Shown here: piece after piece, positions 26,022 through 41,074 of the stretch
Position numbering within the stretch: position 1 is the first letter of the stretch
Layout of the letters: every line of letters starts with the position of its first letter
NCBI GenBank assembly: GCA_051942245.1
Contig: JAVECL010000084.1
Span: forward strand, 1-57,596
Direction of reading: 5' to 3'
DNA from: Trypethelium eluteriae
Taxonomy: Eukaryota
Length of the DNA: 57,596 nt
Translations under genes and position numbers: made by a program
The notes under the pieces: model-generated
What the model was told of the DNA's origin: nothing
What the model saw: only the letters and a program-made list of their open reading frames with translations
Databases searched by the model: none

Positions 26022-27599
26022 TTTAATATATAATTAAAAAAGGAGTAAGTAAATTTGCCAACAGGCCAGAGTATCAAAGTATTAGCTGCAAGTAACTGCG
26101 TTCTATTAATATATTATTGCATTATTTAAGCAAGGCAGACATGCTGCAGGCGCCGCGTTCCCCAGCATACGGCTGTCTAATTACTGCAGCTAATTACTGC
26201 GCTATGTTAAACATCTTGCATATTGCGATAGGTGAAGAGAATACAATTATCGCCATACTGGATATGCAAATAATTGCAATTATAAAACTATAAATATATA
26301 AATGCTTATTTACCAGCAAGCATTAAAATGGATTTTAGCAAATTATTATCAAAGAGAAGGCTTTAGCATAGCCGCAATAATAATAGCTATAGGCAAGGCT
26401 AACTTTAATATACAAGTTTATATTACTGTGTAATTAATTTTAGTAAGGTGCGGGGCTAAAATCCGCTAGCCAAGTGTGGTAAGTATTTTAATTTTAAGTA
26501 CCAATTTATGCTATAGTCTTAAATAAATTTGCGCATATCAGCATACATAAGGCTTTCCACAATTTTATAGCATAATAATATATTCTTAGAGCTTAAATAA
26601 ATTATTTAGATAGTTTTTAAGAGTAATTAAAATTTTGTTATTAATATTATACAGTGGGCGCCTTAATCTAATAATAAAAATGCGGGTATTTGCAACTTAT
26701 TATAAGACTATTAAAGCAAACATAATATTTTATATTAAGATGGTATTTAAAATCCAAAATAGCTGCGGTATATTATACAGACATAATTAAGGGATGTGCA
26801 GATTTATGCGTTCAAATTATGACATGTGAAATTAAAGTACTGCTTAAATCTTTCGGCACAGCGGGGTTTTCGCCACATAGGAACGGATATTAATTGCAAG
26901 GCCTTTAAAAATAATAATTTTAGCTTAAGGATATTATTACTGTAATGCAAGCAAGGTAGATACCCCCATAAAGCCACCTCTTATAATAATAAAATTACTT
27001 GTCGCTATGTCGCTTGCTCTTTAGGGGGTAAAGGAGTGGGTATTATAAACCTGTAATGCTAAGGGCTGCTACATACCTTATGTAAGCATGCGTATTAATT
27101 ACTTATAATTACTTAAGTATGGAGTAAGTTGGTGTTGGTATCTGTTTAACATGGGCCACCCCACCACATTAACCCCGCGTAACAAGAAGGCGAATTAGAT
27201 GCGGTCTAGGCGCGTTGGATCTAAATCTGCATTGCATTAAACCCACCAAGCATAAAATGGGACTTAATTAATAAGCAGCAACTCCCTTTATTATCCTTAG
27301 CCGAGCCCCTAAATCTCTTCGCGAACTTAATAACAACCTAGACGCAGTCTTTATAATAAATGCCCAGGGTCACACAGCGCTTAATTGGGCCATAACTCAG
27401 GTCCAGCTACCTAAAATAAGGCTCCTAATTAATTAATTATGGCTTGCCTTTAAGTGCAACCTAAAGGCCGGATGGTGCTGTGCTTAATTGCTAATATGCG
27501 GAATGTTAAATATGCGGGTATTTTACTTGCAATAATGCTAATTAAAACTACATATTAAGTAATAAATACTTACTGCTTATAACAGCAATAATTTAAAAC

Positions 27600-28545
27600 A
27601 ATTATACTGTGCTAAAGTTCTTTATTAATTAATATTACACCAGCCGCCTAAAGAGGTTTTAGCTATTATTTATTATAACAATAATAAAAAAAATAAAAAA
27701 AATAAAAAAGATTAAGTTTATAAAACACTGTTATGCTATTACTAAATATAAAACTGTATTATTTAATCTCTTAATAAATAGAAGCTAACTAAGCTAAAAG
27801 CTACTTTTTATAAATAAACCAGCTAAATAATTATATGTATATAAAAGCTGTTATAACACAGCTCTTGCTTAGGCACTTTACTCTTATAAGTTAGATATAC
27901 CTTAGCTTTAAAGTTTTAAAAAGAAAAGCTTTTTTTAAGGTAAAAATTACAAAATATATATCCTAATTTCCACTTAGTATAATTCTAAAATAATTTATAT
28001 TAGCAGCTTATTATAGGGTAAAAAGCAGTTGCTAGGTTTTAATAAATTCTTTAAAACATATAATAAATATAAAATATTATAATACCTTTATGCACCACAG
28101 CAAGATTAATAACCCCTTATCCTGTATTAAAAATATTTAATTAAAGCAGGCAGAGCTTACTCCGCTATTTTATTAAATATTGCGGCACTTATATAAATAT
28201 ATTTATTATCCGCCTTAGCAAGCCAATTTTAAATTAGTTAAATAATATACTTTTAATAATATAACTTTAACAGTTAATAAATAAGTAATAATTTACTTAA
28301 AAATATAAAAAAACTTATATAACCACATAAGGAAAGTATATATACCTTTTTAATATTCTAAATATCTATCCTGCATCTAAAGCAGGAATAAAATTTTATT
28401 CCAGGCTATTTATTATAGTTATTACTGCTTAATTATATCTTTTTTTTTTATTATATTATTTTATTAATATTTAAAAGGCTTAAATTAGAGTTATAATCTT
28501 CCTTATTATTATTTTTATTAATAATAAGGGGGTTTTATTTTATTA
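27600..28545 (-). pseudogene. Small unidentified gene relic with acidic N-terminus
   Basis: Back-corrected ..IIDEDDDEEDYDSDSSLSDIDE..; TATATAA box at ~28621 and pyrimidine-rich leader on the minus strand. Confidence 0.3.
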
Positions 28546-28689
28546 TATTAACAAAAATTCCTTATTAGGAGGAGAAGAAGGGATAAAGAAGCTGAGACAG
28601 GGATGGGGGAGAGCCCCCTTTATATAAGAATAACTAGGACTCCAGCTGAAGCATCCCTAATAGGCTCCCCAACCTATTATTATTGGATA

Positions 28690-29880
28690 TAGCGCTGCAC
28701 CCATGGAGGCATTTAGCTCACCTTAAGGATAGAGCAGTCCTTTTTTTCTAAAAGCTTGCTGGGGCTTATGGTATTATAATATTTTAAGGTGCGCGCAAAG
28801 ACTTGTAAATAATTACTTTCCAATATCCGGCAAGGATGTGTTCAGTTATAGCATGTTTATTAATGGCCGCGACTTGCTAGTTAAAGGAGGCGATGGAAAT
28901 AAGACCTTAATAAGGTCCCAGATTGTTAAGACCTTTTTAGCTTTATTATTTATGGGTAGCAATGCATTTATAATAATATTATACGTAATTTAGGCTTAAT
29001 TATTTCTGCACCCTTAATTAAATAAATACAATAACTTACATATAACCTAAAGCCTACTCTTAGCCCCAACCTCCTTATCCACGCAGATAGATTAGCCACT
29101 GGATCCAGTATAAGCTGTCCCGCAGCCAATCTAACCTATTTATGGGCAATATACTCCTGCAAGTTGGATAATATCTGCTTCTTGCTATTAATTTTATAAA
29201 ATAATCTTCGCAGAATAGATGCCCTTTAAATTTAGTGTATCTTTAAACGTGTTTTTATAGCAACTTATTATAAAGTAAATATAAGTCTGCACAGCCTAAT
29301 AAGTCCTTTATAATATATAACACACATATTATGCCATAGTACTTTACAGCGCTATTAATACTATTATATCTCTGGTTTGTACAGCAGTATTTATAAATTA
29401 GGAGGGGTGTAGGTTTTGGTGCTTAGTCCTTTAGCAGCTAGTTAAGTAATTTATAAGCTAGTTAGCCGTCCACACTGGGTTTTGTGTTAAGTTAATTTAT
29501 AAGCGGTTAAATAACATACTTACAACAATATAGCTTTAATAATTAGCATGCAAGCAAAAAAAATACAACCTAAAGAGAGAAGGTATATACATAAGCACAT
29601 ATTGGAAGGAGGTATACCATCTTGCTATTTAAAAGATTTATTCTATATCCAGAATAAAAATAAGATATTAATATAGAAGTTGCTTATTTATGCATAATTA
29701 GTATTAATTAACTAAAATAATTATATACTTATTAAGGCATCTCTTCTTTAAAATTTGTGGTGTTAACTTAATAATAAATAAGAGGCTTAAGTTAAAGAAA
29801 TTAATAAAATTATCTTTAATAAAATCTTTATTAATATTAATAAAAGTATTATTTATTATACTAAAAAGGAATTCTAACAT
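28690..29880 (-). pseudogene. Small unidentified multi-exon gene relic
   Basis: ATG at 29880, acidic N-terminus after back-correction, intron signals, continuous frame ~29460-28690; TATA box at ~29945. Confidence 0.35.
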
Positions 29881-32800
29881 AAAAAAGAGGAGGGAAGGAA
29901 AGGGATAAAAAACTTAAGAAAAAAAAAAAAAGGGGGAGCACCCTTATATAAGGCTAGCTGAGTAAAATCTATCACATAAAAGGCAATAAGAAAAAAGAAA
30001 AAAAAGGGATAAAAAAGGAGGGCAAAAAAAGGGCAAAAGTTGCTATTTAATGATATCCCTTATATAATCCTAATTAATATTACTGCTTACATAATTATTA
30101 GGCTTACTTATAAGTACATACTTAGCAGCGCTTTAGCATAGCAGAAGAGTATTATATAATAACCAGAGGATTCTAATTTAGTCCGGGCATGTATGTTATA
30201 TTTAAAATTATGTTTATCCACTAAATCTGCACGCTGCCTAAGCTCTTAAATTATTCTTTATAGCCCTATTTAGCGCAGTCTTACTGGCCTTAAAAGTAAT
30301 AATAATATTTAAAGCCCGGATTTGTGCAGGAAGTATGGTTATTTAGTTATGTATTAAGCAAGATAATTTATAAGTAAACCAAATTTAAAGATGCTACTAA
30401 TAACTTATAAAAAGCCTTGCATTATGCTTATATTTTATTAAAAGCTTATACTGCAGCTCTTGTATTAACAAAATTTATTTCCAAAACCTAAATGCTTTTT
30501 TATTTAATTTTAAATTTACATCCCTTTTTAGTTTACTGGGCAGCTAAAAGCTTCTTAATTAGTTATTTAATTTTAGCTAACATCTTTACTTTTGCTTTTA
30601 TATTATAAGTCTTATAGCATTTTGGGTTTGCTTAGCATTTATTAAAAGGATAAAAGTAGATATTATTAAATAAAATTAGGGGGGGTTTAATATTCTAAGG
30701 TTGCTGTGTATTAACCAGCAGTAAAGCTTTATAAAGTTTATACTATTTTGTATTAAAGCTGTTGGGGTTAATATTGCCTTTAGAATAGCATTCTTCCATA
30801 AACCTGCTAGGATGGGGGGTGGGTGGGCGCTCCCCCTTAAGGCCTTTTATACTAATAAATAGCAGCTTAAGGTTCTAATTAAAATACTTATATAAAGGCA
30901 TGCTAATTTATAAAAGATATTTAATTACATTATTTTATTTAAGGTAAGCAATACTCTATTCTTAAGTATAGTAAGCTGCTTAAAATATTTCTAAATAAGG
31001 TTATGTCCTTTTTTTTAATTATTTTTATAAACCAGCTATGCTTATTAACTCTAATATAATAATATTATTAAATATTAAATTAAAAAGCTTTACATAACTG
31101 TAATTATAATATACATATTATTTAATTATTATTATTAAGCAATTTATAATTTAATAAAATTATTTAATCTTTAGGGATTTAATAAATAATAATATATGCC
31201 TTTAATTATTAAGCTATTTATAATTTTTAAAACTCTGGTATTAAGGAATGCAGATATTCTACCCCTTTAATTAAGGTCTTACTTTTATTGCTATTTTTAA
31301 TTATTACTTTTAAATCTAAAAAGCTTACTTATACTTATAATAAAATAAAAATATTAACCAGCTTGCAAGACTTAAGTTATAGCTTTATGCTTCTTAATAC
31401 ACCTTACCAACCTTTATTATTAAGATTAAGAAAATCTGCAGAGCTTTGCTAATTAAAAATAGGGCATATAATTGCCTGCAAATGTCTAAGCATAGCACAT
31501 ATAATAGCCATAAAACCTATAATTTAATCTATTAATTAAGGTAATAAGTCTGGCTTTTTAAATTTATTATAAGGATTAACAAAATCTGCAGGTATTATTT
31601 ACTCTGGGATAGGGTAAGTAATTATTTATTAATATGTAAGTAATACAGCACTAAGGTGGTGCGCTAAGCTTACAACTTATGCTTTTAAGGGAGGCTAAGT
31701 TTTTATATCCTTAAATATGTATTAATAAAATTTGCCCTAATAATATACTAAAAGGTACGCTTTAGCTCCCACTAAGGTATAATACTGGTTAATTTTTTAA
31801 AACAGTATATGCTAATACTTTTAAGCAGTGTTAGGGAATAAGGTCTTAGGCTTAGTTATATTGGCACCTCCAGTTTTTATGGACTCTATATTTATTTTTA
31901 AATAGCTGCGTATATAAATAAACAGTATTTATGGTGGGAAAGGAACTGCTTAATTAAGCAAAAACTGCTATAAATAAACACTATAAGACATTATTAATTT
32001 TAGATTTCAGCCCTTTTAAGCTAAGATATCTAAATCTAGATATGTAGTATAAATTTGTGTCTTATTATATAAAAGGCCTAACACTGGAAAAAAGTGCTAC
32101 CTCCACACCTAATAAACACTAAGTAATCCCTTTAAGAAATTGCGGAATAAAGTAAAATTATTTTTACACTATAAATTAAGGCCTTCCTTTTTTATATACA
32201 GCAGTTAGGGCATTACCTAATAATAAAGCACTTTAGGATTTATATTATTAAAAGTATAATAATAACTGTTATTAAATTGCATTTTAATAAGAACATAACC
32301 TTACTTATTATTATTATTGCTATTTTATGTTTATTCCTAAACTTTAAATAGGGTATTATTTAGCCTGGAATTCTAAGTACTGTAAATAATAATTATGCCG
32401 GGATCTAATTTATCCTAATTCGCACTGGGAGTGGTTATATAACTATTTTCTTAATATGCTAGTATAATTTTAGCACTTATAAGGACTGAGAGAATAGGGT
32501 AGCCTATTATCTGCTGCAGTTATTGCTGAGTGTCTTTACAGACCAGATTAAAGCTCCATAAAATATTATAACCAGTAGGAGGCAGCATATATATTATGGT
32601 AGCATTATTAATAGCAAGAAAAGTAGGCAAGTTATAATTAACTGGCTGCGTATTAGTAAGTTTAGCAATGGTTAAGGGCTATTATCACACTGTATCCCTG
32701 GGGGTATTCTGGCTTACTAAGCCAGTTCTTAACTTTGTCTACTGCCCTTCTAACCTTAACCCAGTTATGTCCTTTATATATTTAAATAGCAGCAGCTATA

Positions 32801-34890
32801 ATAAAGATATTAAACTTTATTATGGGCATTAAAAAAATTCTGTTTGCATAAAGTTGTTTTTAGGGATAGCATAAATAAATAAGTTAATGCCTTTATTATT
32901 AACTAAAAACCCTAAATATGCATAAACTTTTTTTAATTAAATTAGCTATAAGATTATACCTTTAATACTTAGGATGTAATATAAAAATACTAGGGCTGTT
33001 TATATAATTAAACTGTAAATTTGGATATATACTAAAGTAATAAGTAAAGATAAATAAAGCAGATTAAATAAAAAATAATCTAAGGACCCCCTACTGTTAG
33101 GTAGGTATTATACTTTATACCTTTTTATCTTCTAATTTTAAGTTCCTATTATAAATTAATTATTAATTTTATTATCCCTGCATTAAAAATTAGGCTTAGC
33201 TTAGCTAAAATATCCTAATAATAAGCTTAGCTTTTTATAATAAGTAAATTTAAATACTAAAGTCTAAATCTAGGCATATAAAAAAGTTAATTAGGAGGGA
33301 AAATTACCTAATCTAAGTTTTTTCACAGCAGCTTAGGCCACCCTATTTAAACACTAAAAAAAGAAGTTATGTTATTTTAAACTGCGCAATTTAGCTTTAA
33401 ATAATAAAATATTTTAAGAGTTTAGCTAAGTAAGTTATTATTACTAATTCTGCAAAAATACTCCATATTTCTTTAGGTCTAAGAGCAATAAACCTTAAAA
33501 ATAAGCACTTTATAATAACCTTAGTATAAACACCAAATATAAAGGGCTGGGGATGGTAATAAAGCAGTTAAGTGTTTTATAATAAAGCTAGTGCCCATCT
33601 TTTTTAGGGGCAAGCCAGATGTTAAACCTATTTATTAGAATAGCTGCTATTATGCAAACCTTTATTAGACTTAAGTCTTAGCTAATACAGGTATATAGAC
33701 CTTTAATATTAATTATAGCTTAATGCAAGTATGCCTTTTGCTTACTTATACCCTATGGCAAAAAGGCGGCTTTATTTTTAACTATTTTAGGTTGGGTGGT
33801 CCACCTTTTTAATATAAATTTATTAGCTTAGTTAAAGCAATCCTCTTTTACACTGGGATTAGCATATCTTTATTAAAAATTTATAAACATATATTAATAC
33901 AAGATATACTGTGGTGTTAGCATTATAATTCCCCTAAGCACAAAGATATCTCTAATTTATAATCCTTATAGTAGAGTTATACGCAACCCAGCTAAGTAAA
34001 ATAGAGGGTATAATTATAGGGTCTTATATATAAGAGTGTTAAAATAATCTAACTTTTAGCTAAAGTCCAATTCTATATAACCGCGCATTTTTATATAAAT
34101 TTGGGAGACATATATAAGCTTAATAGCCAAATAATAAAATAGGAAGCTAATTATTGCGCTTACCGGCTTACTGCCTTATTTAGTAAAAGATTAATCTATG
34201 CAGCAATACATACATATATTCTGCCTATTATTAAGGTAAAAAAGTTACCTAATAATTAATTCTAGCTCTTAATAGGTCCCGCATCTTTAATTAATAAACT
34301 TATTATCTTACAACAGTCAGTTGGCAGGTAGGCGATAGCTTAAATAGATTTACATCACATTTTATTAATTAGTTCTTCTTTGCTATTAGCTATTAATATT
34401 ACTATTCTTATAATTTTTACCTCTTTGCAGCATGTTATTAAATTAAAAGCCTATTTAGTCCATTCTATAAATTCCCTTTGGATAACTGGGAATAAATACA
34501 AAATGCGGGTTATCCACAGAATTAATATAAATATGCCCATATTATAAATACCTACTTTAAATATATTAAGAACCTAATAACCCTTGCTTGCTTTAAGCAT
34601 ACGGAATAAATAATTATAATGCATATTACCTATAATATTAAACCCAAAGTATTTAAATAAGGGACTTATATTAATAATATGGCCAGCTTTTATCTTAATT
34701 TGCTTTTTAAGGACCTATGCGTAATAAAAAATCTTTCCCCGGACCTTTTTAAGCCTTTTAGCGCAAAAGACTTTATTTTATGCATAATATTAAATATTGT
34801 AAGCTACATAAGAGCGGGTAATAAGTACTGATTTTAGCAGCAGCAAATTATTATACCAGATATTTTTTAAGCAATTAAAGAGCGGCCTGT

Positions 34891-35386
34891 TGTTATGAGC
34901 CTATAGCCCCTGGTACAAGCACGGCTTGTAGCAGGTACGTAGAAGGGTCTCAGAGTTTTTCACGTAGGAGCGGAGTGTCAAGGATCCAATAATGTAAGAA
35001 GGGTTACTAAGCTTTGAACAACTTGGTAATAAATAAGGGCTTATTTAATTCGGCTTATAACTAACTATAAATATAGCTTTGGTATGATAACAGTAAAGTA
35101 ATAAAACGCAAAAAGAAGAATAAGAGTGTGCTTAGAACTTAGTTCCTTAAATATTTATTCCTTCTCCATTACAGCCTTCCTTCTTGCTGGTGTTGCAGTA
35201 AGGAGGGCGAGATGTTATCTCGCTCTCTGCGAGGTGAGATCTCGCTTATCTCGCTGCGAGATGGTTGAGGTGTCCATGCCACGTCCTTGCTTACTTCTGT
35301 TGCGAGACGCGCCCAGTATTACGCAATTAGTACACTACAAGTAATGGCTACCTCTAACACGTCCTTGGTTAGGAGTGTTTATAACA
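34891..35386 (-). repeat. 3' LTR
   Basis: TGTTATGAGC...TTTATAACA, direct repeat of 41075-41570. Confidence 0.96.
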
Positions 35387-38300
35387 TTAATCCCCTCCTC
35401 CTTAGTCACATATCCTCACGTGGGACATAAGTAGGAGTGACCCCGCTTCCATCTATTTAGCAAAATATCTTCCTCCAAACTTCACCGCCATTGCTTGTCC
35501 TTAGAGATTAAAAACTTTAGTCTTCCAGTTCTATTACCTTGCGACCTTTACCTCCTTTATGGTTATGTCTGTATTATTATAAAATCTTATGCTAAGTATT
35601 TTAAGTATGTAAAAATAAGGAAATTATGTGTAAACTTATTATAGTCTTCTTTTAATCGCACTTAAGAGGAATATACTAAAAGAGTGTCAGTAAATAAGAA
35701 AGAGCTTACTAAAGTACTTGCTTACCTTATGTGTTATAAAAAGATTCTTTATTAAGCTAAGGAATATGCAAAACAGAAAATTAAATATGTTCTTAATAAG
35801 CTTAATAAGGGTGCAGTTAATAAGAATAACTATCCTACTGCTGCTGCTATTATTAGTTTTTCTCCCTTACTGTGAGAAACTTTTGCTAATATTAAAAATA
35901 TGATTGTTATAAGTAGGTTTTCCCTTTTTTTTTAAACTTAAATATTATTGTATCTTTTCTCTATACTTAAACAGTATTTCTTCTGTCTCTTAAGTATTTT
36001 TTAAGTTTAGGTATCCTTTCCACTTTACTAAATACTTTTTGTTCTTTTTTTGCAGGATTTTTTTTACTTTAAATTTATATTCTTCCTTTAATTTATACCT
36101 AAATACTTCTGCACATAATGTGCTTTTATTTACTAACTCCAGTAGGGATAAATAAAACACCAGGTAGACTTAAGCATCCTGCGGAAGGTTTAATTTATAA
36201 TTAACCTTATTTTTCCTTTCTTTAATAATAAATAAACCAACTTTTACCGCACTAAGCTTCTTATAAGGTCTTTTTATTTTTAAGTTTTTTATAAGTAAGT
36301 ATACTTTATCCCCCTCTTTTAGCTAAGGTTTATTTACTTTTTTGTTGCTTTAAATTAAGCTTTTGTTCCTTCTATTAATATTCCTGGCTATTTTATTATA
36401 TACTGTTTTTATTATTTTTCCATAATCTTCTCCTAATGCTAACATTACTGTAATAAGTATTAATTGAATTAATAGTGGTATATACCCTATTAATCCTTGG
36501 ATAGGTGCAAACTTGGTTATACTAAATTCTTTGGTGTTAATATATAATTATACTATAAGTAATAATAATACCCAATTATCTTATAGATTATTAATGTAGT
36601 ATCTTAAGAATTATTCCAGTAGCTAATTTATCCATTTAGTTTATCCATTAGTCTCCTTATAGTATACTATTAACAACTTGGTTTTAGTTCCTAAGTTTGC
36701 TATTAATATTTGGAAGAATTTAGCTATAAACCTTTTATTTTAATCCAATATTATTGAGATAGGTAAACTGAAGTATAATATCACTCTTTTAAAGAGTATC
36801 CACGCTATTTTTTTTATTCCATATTTTTTGCTAAATAAAATTAGTATTATATACTTTATTAGTCTGCATACTATTATGTAGATTGCTGTGTAAACTTCTC
36901 TGGTTACCGGGTGCTTTAACGCAGGTAAGTCTGTAATAAAGTCCATTATAATCTGCTCCCAAGGCCTTATTGGTGCTTAAATGGGTTGGATAATGCCCTT
37001 CCTTCTTTGGGTATTGTGTTTGTTTCTTTTATAGTAATCACATTTTATCACATAACTTTGGACTTTCTGTTTTATATTATTAAAAATGCAGTTTTGAGAT
37101 ATATTCCTGAGTGTCTATGCAACTTTAGGATGTCCATATCACAGTTTATTATAATATCTTTAAATATAATAATCAACTTTATTATTCAGAATTTATAATT
37201 TTTAAATGATAATAGGGAACTGTTTATTCTTATCTTCTAAGATGTTAAGAATTAATCCAAACTTTTAGGGAGTGCTTTTAAGAGTGCTGTTATTCTTTTC
37301 CTTAAACACTGCTTAGTACACTTTCTTATTCCTTTAATAATCTTCTTATTAACTTAAAGTGTCTGCTTTTTTATTTTCTTTTTTTAGTGCGTAATGTATA
37401 ATAAACTTGTATTGTCTAAGGAGTTCTGCCCATTTAACTTATCTTTAATTTAACTATTTTATTATTATAAATATTAATAGATTTTTGTGGTTGGTATAAA
37501 CATTTAGTTTGGGTGTTCCTTTTATGTACGCTCTTTAGTGCTCCATTGCTGCTACTATTATTAGCAATTCCTTATTATGGATGTTATAATTTAGTTCAAT
37601 AAGAGTCATCTTTCTTAAGTAGTATCCTATCAGTCTCTACTTCCCATCTACCCATTATAGTAAGCAGGCGCCTATTGCAAAATCTAAAGTATCTATTTTA
37701 AGCTTCAGTAATAACTTTAGGTTGTAGATTATTAGTTCCAGGTTTTTTATAATTTCTTCTTTAATAACTTTAAAGGCTTTCTTTTATAGCTATTCCTATT
37801 TAAATAATTGCTTACCCTTTATAAGGTCCATAAGTAATTTTACTTTCTTAGAATATTTAGGAATAAATTATTAATTAAAGTTTATAAATCCTAAGAAACT
37901 TTAGACCCCCTTAATATTTGTTAGCTTTAGCTATATTAAGACTGATTATACCTTCTCTGGTTCTATTTAAATCCGGTCTTTTCTTACCACATACCCTAAA
38001 AATATTACTTATTCTTAATAAAAAACATACTTCTTTAGTAATAATTTAATATTCCTTTTCCTTAAACATTTTAATACCATCTTTATATATTTTACATATT
38101 CTTCCTTTATTCTAGAATAAATCAGTATATTATTAAGATATATAATTATAAAGATGTCTAGATATAATTGTAATGCGTTATTAATCTATTCTTAACAGGT
38201 CGCAGGTGCATTTATTAATCCAAATAGCATTACTAAGGATTTAAATAATCCGTATTTTGTTCTAAATGCAGTTTTCCATTCCTCACCTTCTTTTATGCGG

Positions 38301-41074
38301 ATAAAATTGTAGGCATCTCTCTAATCTAATAATATAAGCTACTTTGCTCTGGTTAGGCAGTCTTTTAATTCTGCCGCATTAAATAACAAATACCTATTCT
38401 TAACCATAATAGCATTAAGTTTTTAGTAATTAACACATAGTCACAGTTTTCCATTCTTCTTGGGAACAAAAAGTATAAAATATCCTGCTGAAAACTCTAA
38501 CTTTTGGATAAATCCTTTCTTAAGGTTTTCTTTTAGCCATTCTTAAAGCATCTCCAGTTCTCTTTATAACTGGGGATATAAAGGTCTAAAAGTGGGTTGC
38601 TTCCTTAGCTCTAACTTAATTTTATAATCCCATAATTAGTATGGAGGCAGTACCTTTTCTGCCCTCCCTTACTTAAAGAGTAGCAAATACCCTTTGTATT
38701 CAAGAGGTATTATCATAAGTTCAGCGTCCTTACATTCTGTGTTATCCCTTAATTAACCTTCTACCTTTATTAAAGTGTTAAATACGCCGGATCCAGTTTG
38801 TCCTTTTTAGTCATCCTTATTTATCAATATTAAAGCTACACCATAGCTTGTCCTTATCTTATCCCTAAAGCAATTCTCTGCTCCTTTAGGGTCCTGTATA
38901 ATGCCGTGTTTGCACCTAAAAAATATAATTTCCCCCATTTCCTAATTAATATATAGGTTATAATTTTGCAACCATAATAATCTAAGTATAATACTGTATT
39001 TAATTAGGTTTATAACATCTAGTTGAATTTCCTTAGTGTGCCCTTATGTTATTATAAAAATAAGTTCTGTCTCAGTATCCACCTATCCTTATCCTGTAAG
39101 TTGTAATCTGGTAGCTCTGTATAAGTTATATAGCTTTTCTTTTTCCCTGGTGTTAAGTCTAATTTTTTTAGTAGTTATTACTGCTATTATGTTTATTAAT
39201 GCACCACTATTAATTATTACTTTAATCTCTTAATTCTTAATTTTAACCTTAATCTTAAATAATCCTTTTATTGCTTTATTAGGGGATGTTATATTGCAAC
39301 TTGCTTATAACCCCTTTATAAGAAGTTGTTAACTTTTTCCTCTTTATTATTTATCTTCCTAGCAGTGTTATAGCAGGCTTGCCATTCCGGCTTTATATTC
39401 TTATAATCCAGGTAATGTTTGTAGCAATTTAGGTTGTTGTATTAATGTTTTATACAATAGTCCGCTTGCTTTTGGCGGTGTTTAACACACACAGTGCTAA
39501 CATATCTCAGCCAGTTTATTATTTTACACACAGATGGCTTGTAGGGTGGTTTTGGACATAATCCTTATTCGGATTAACTTCTTCCCCACACCACATTACT
39601 GCCCAGTCTGTGGTATAGGCATGTTTTCTTTTCTTTGCAGAATTTTTTATTAAGTAAGCTATAATTACTTTCTTGTTTTTAATAAAATTTACAGTCCTTT
39701 ATTCCACACACTATAAAGTGCTGGAACTGGTATTATAACTTTTTTTTATATTATTCTTTTGCCTATTAATACTTCTTGTATGCATTATTTTAACATTCCT
39801 CCCATCCAGTTATCTAATTATAATTGGGATGTTATAAGAGTCCATAAACCTCCTTCCAGTATCTAAAGTTCTGCTGCTCTAAATTCCATATAATTGCCAG
39901 AAGTTTAGGGCGCATTGCAACATAAGCACAATGGATCTTATAGTTTTGTATTACACACCTTCCTAGGATCTTATGGTCTAAGTAATCCTCTAATCTTAAC
40001 ACTAGGTGTACATAACTTTTGTGCTTCTCTTATGTTGCCACTTCTCCTTGGATACTATAAGTAGTCTTAGGTAGGTTTTCTTGGCTGTTTGCAGGGTTAA
40101 TAACTTCTTCCCATAAAGCACTTTCTTCCTCTGCATTAGATTTGTTGTTAATTATCTAATACTAAAAAACATCTAAATTCCTAATATCATTATTACTCAT
40201 TGGTTTATTAATAATAATTTCATCTTCTCTTAAGTGGACTTAGGTTGCCATATTAAATTCTTCTCTATAATCCACCTTATTCTTGGATTAGCAGTTTTTT
40301 GCTATATACCCTAGTTTTCTACAAGCATAGCACTTCCTTTTAGTTTGGGCACCTTTTGCCTTCTTACTTTGCGCAAGGTTGGAGTACTAAACTCCTTCCA
40401 TCAGTTCGCCACTACCTTAATACTGGGTAATTTCTCCAGCCCGTCCTGCTAAAATGTATAATGCCAATCATTTTTCTATACATCTTGCGTAAAGTTTATT
40501 GTCCAATTTAATTAAGGCGTTAATAAATTCTCACAACATGTTAATAAAGCCGCTGTAGCACATTAGCTCATCTTTAACATTATCCTTAAGTCCTTTCTGG
40601 TACATAGGTTGTAACACTTTATTATTCCATTCTAGTTTATTAGAATATTTTTGGAACTTGGCTGTGTAATCTGCTGTTAAAGTTTTTTATACCAGATTCT
40701 GAATTACTTACTTTGCTATCTTAACTTTATTAAAGATTCCAAAAATTCGTCTAAGCTCTCTTTTAAACTAAGGGAATCTTGCAAAAAGACTGTTAGGGTC
40801 CTCTAAATTATTAAGATATAAAGTTAGTTTGGGTTTTATTCAGTGCTGGGCCTGTCCTCTTAAGTATAATAAAGCTACTAAAGTCTGTTAATTATCTGGA
40901 ATTCTTTTAAATAAGAAGTAGAGTTGGATTTAGCACAGCTATTCTTCCAATTTACTTCTTTCCCTAAAATACTTATTAGGTTATCCCACCTTGCCTTCCT
41001 TTAATAGGGCTTTGGTGCGGGACTCCGGCCGTGGAGTGGATCTTAATTAACTTATTCTTAAGGGCGTTTTATTG

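Larger units (their letters stand above)
20937..26890. mobile_element. Putative non-autonomous TIR DNA transposon (5954 bp) carrying an NLR gene
   Basis: Left end 20937-21000 ACGTCCGTCCCTGTGTGGCGAAAACCCCGCTGTGCCGAAAGATTCAGGCGGTACTTTAACTTTA is the reverse complement of 26827-26890 apart from transition mismatches; TA flanks both outer ends (20935-20936, 26891-26892); no transposase recognised inside. Confidence 0.75.

Noticed and set aside
20934..26893. piggyBac assignment from TTAA at both ends
   Set aside because: TTAA arises from T+TA+ACGT; ends lack the usual CCY start and the doubled sub-repeats fit Fot1/pogo better. Not formally excluded.
30100..33450. Further gene relics, including a possible NB-ARC fragment (AVDKVKNWLSKPE near 32740)
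   Set aside because: Too degraded; no Walker motifs found, so no supportable call.
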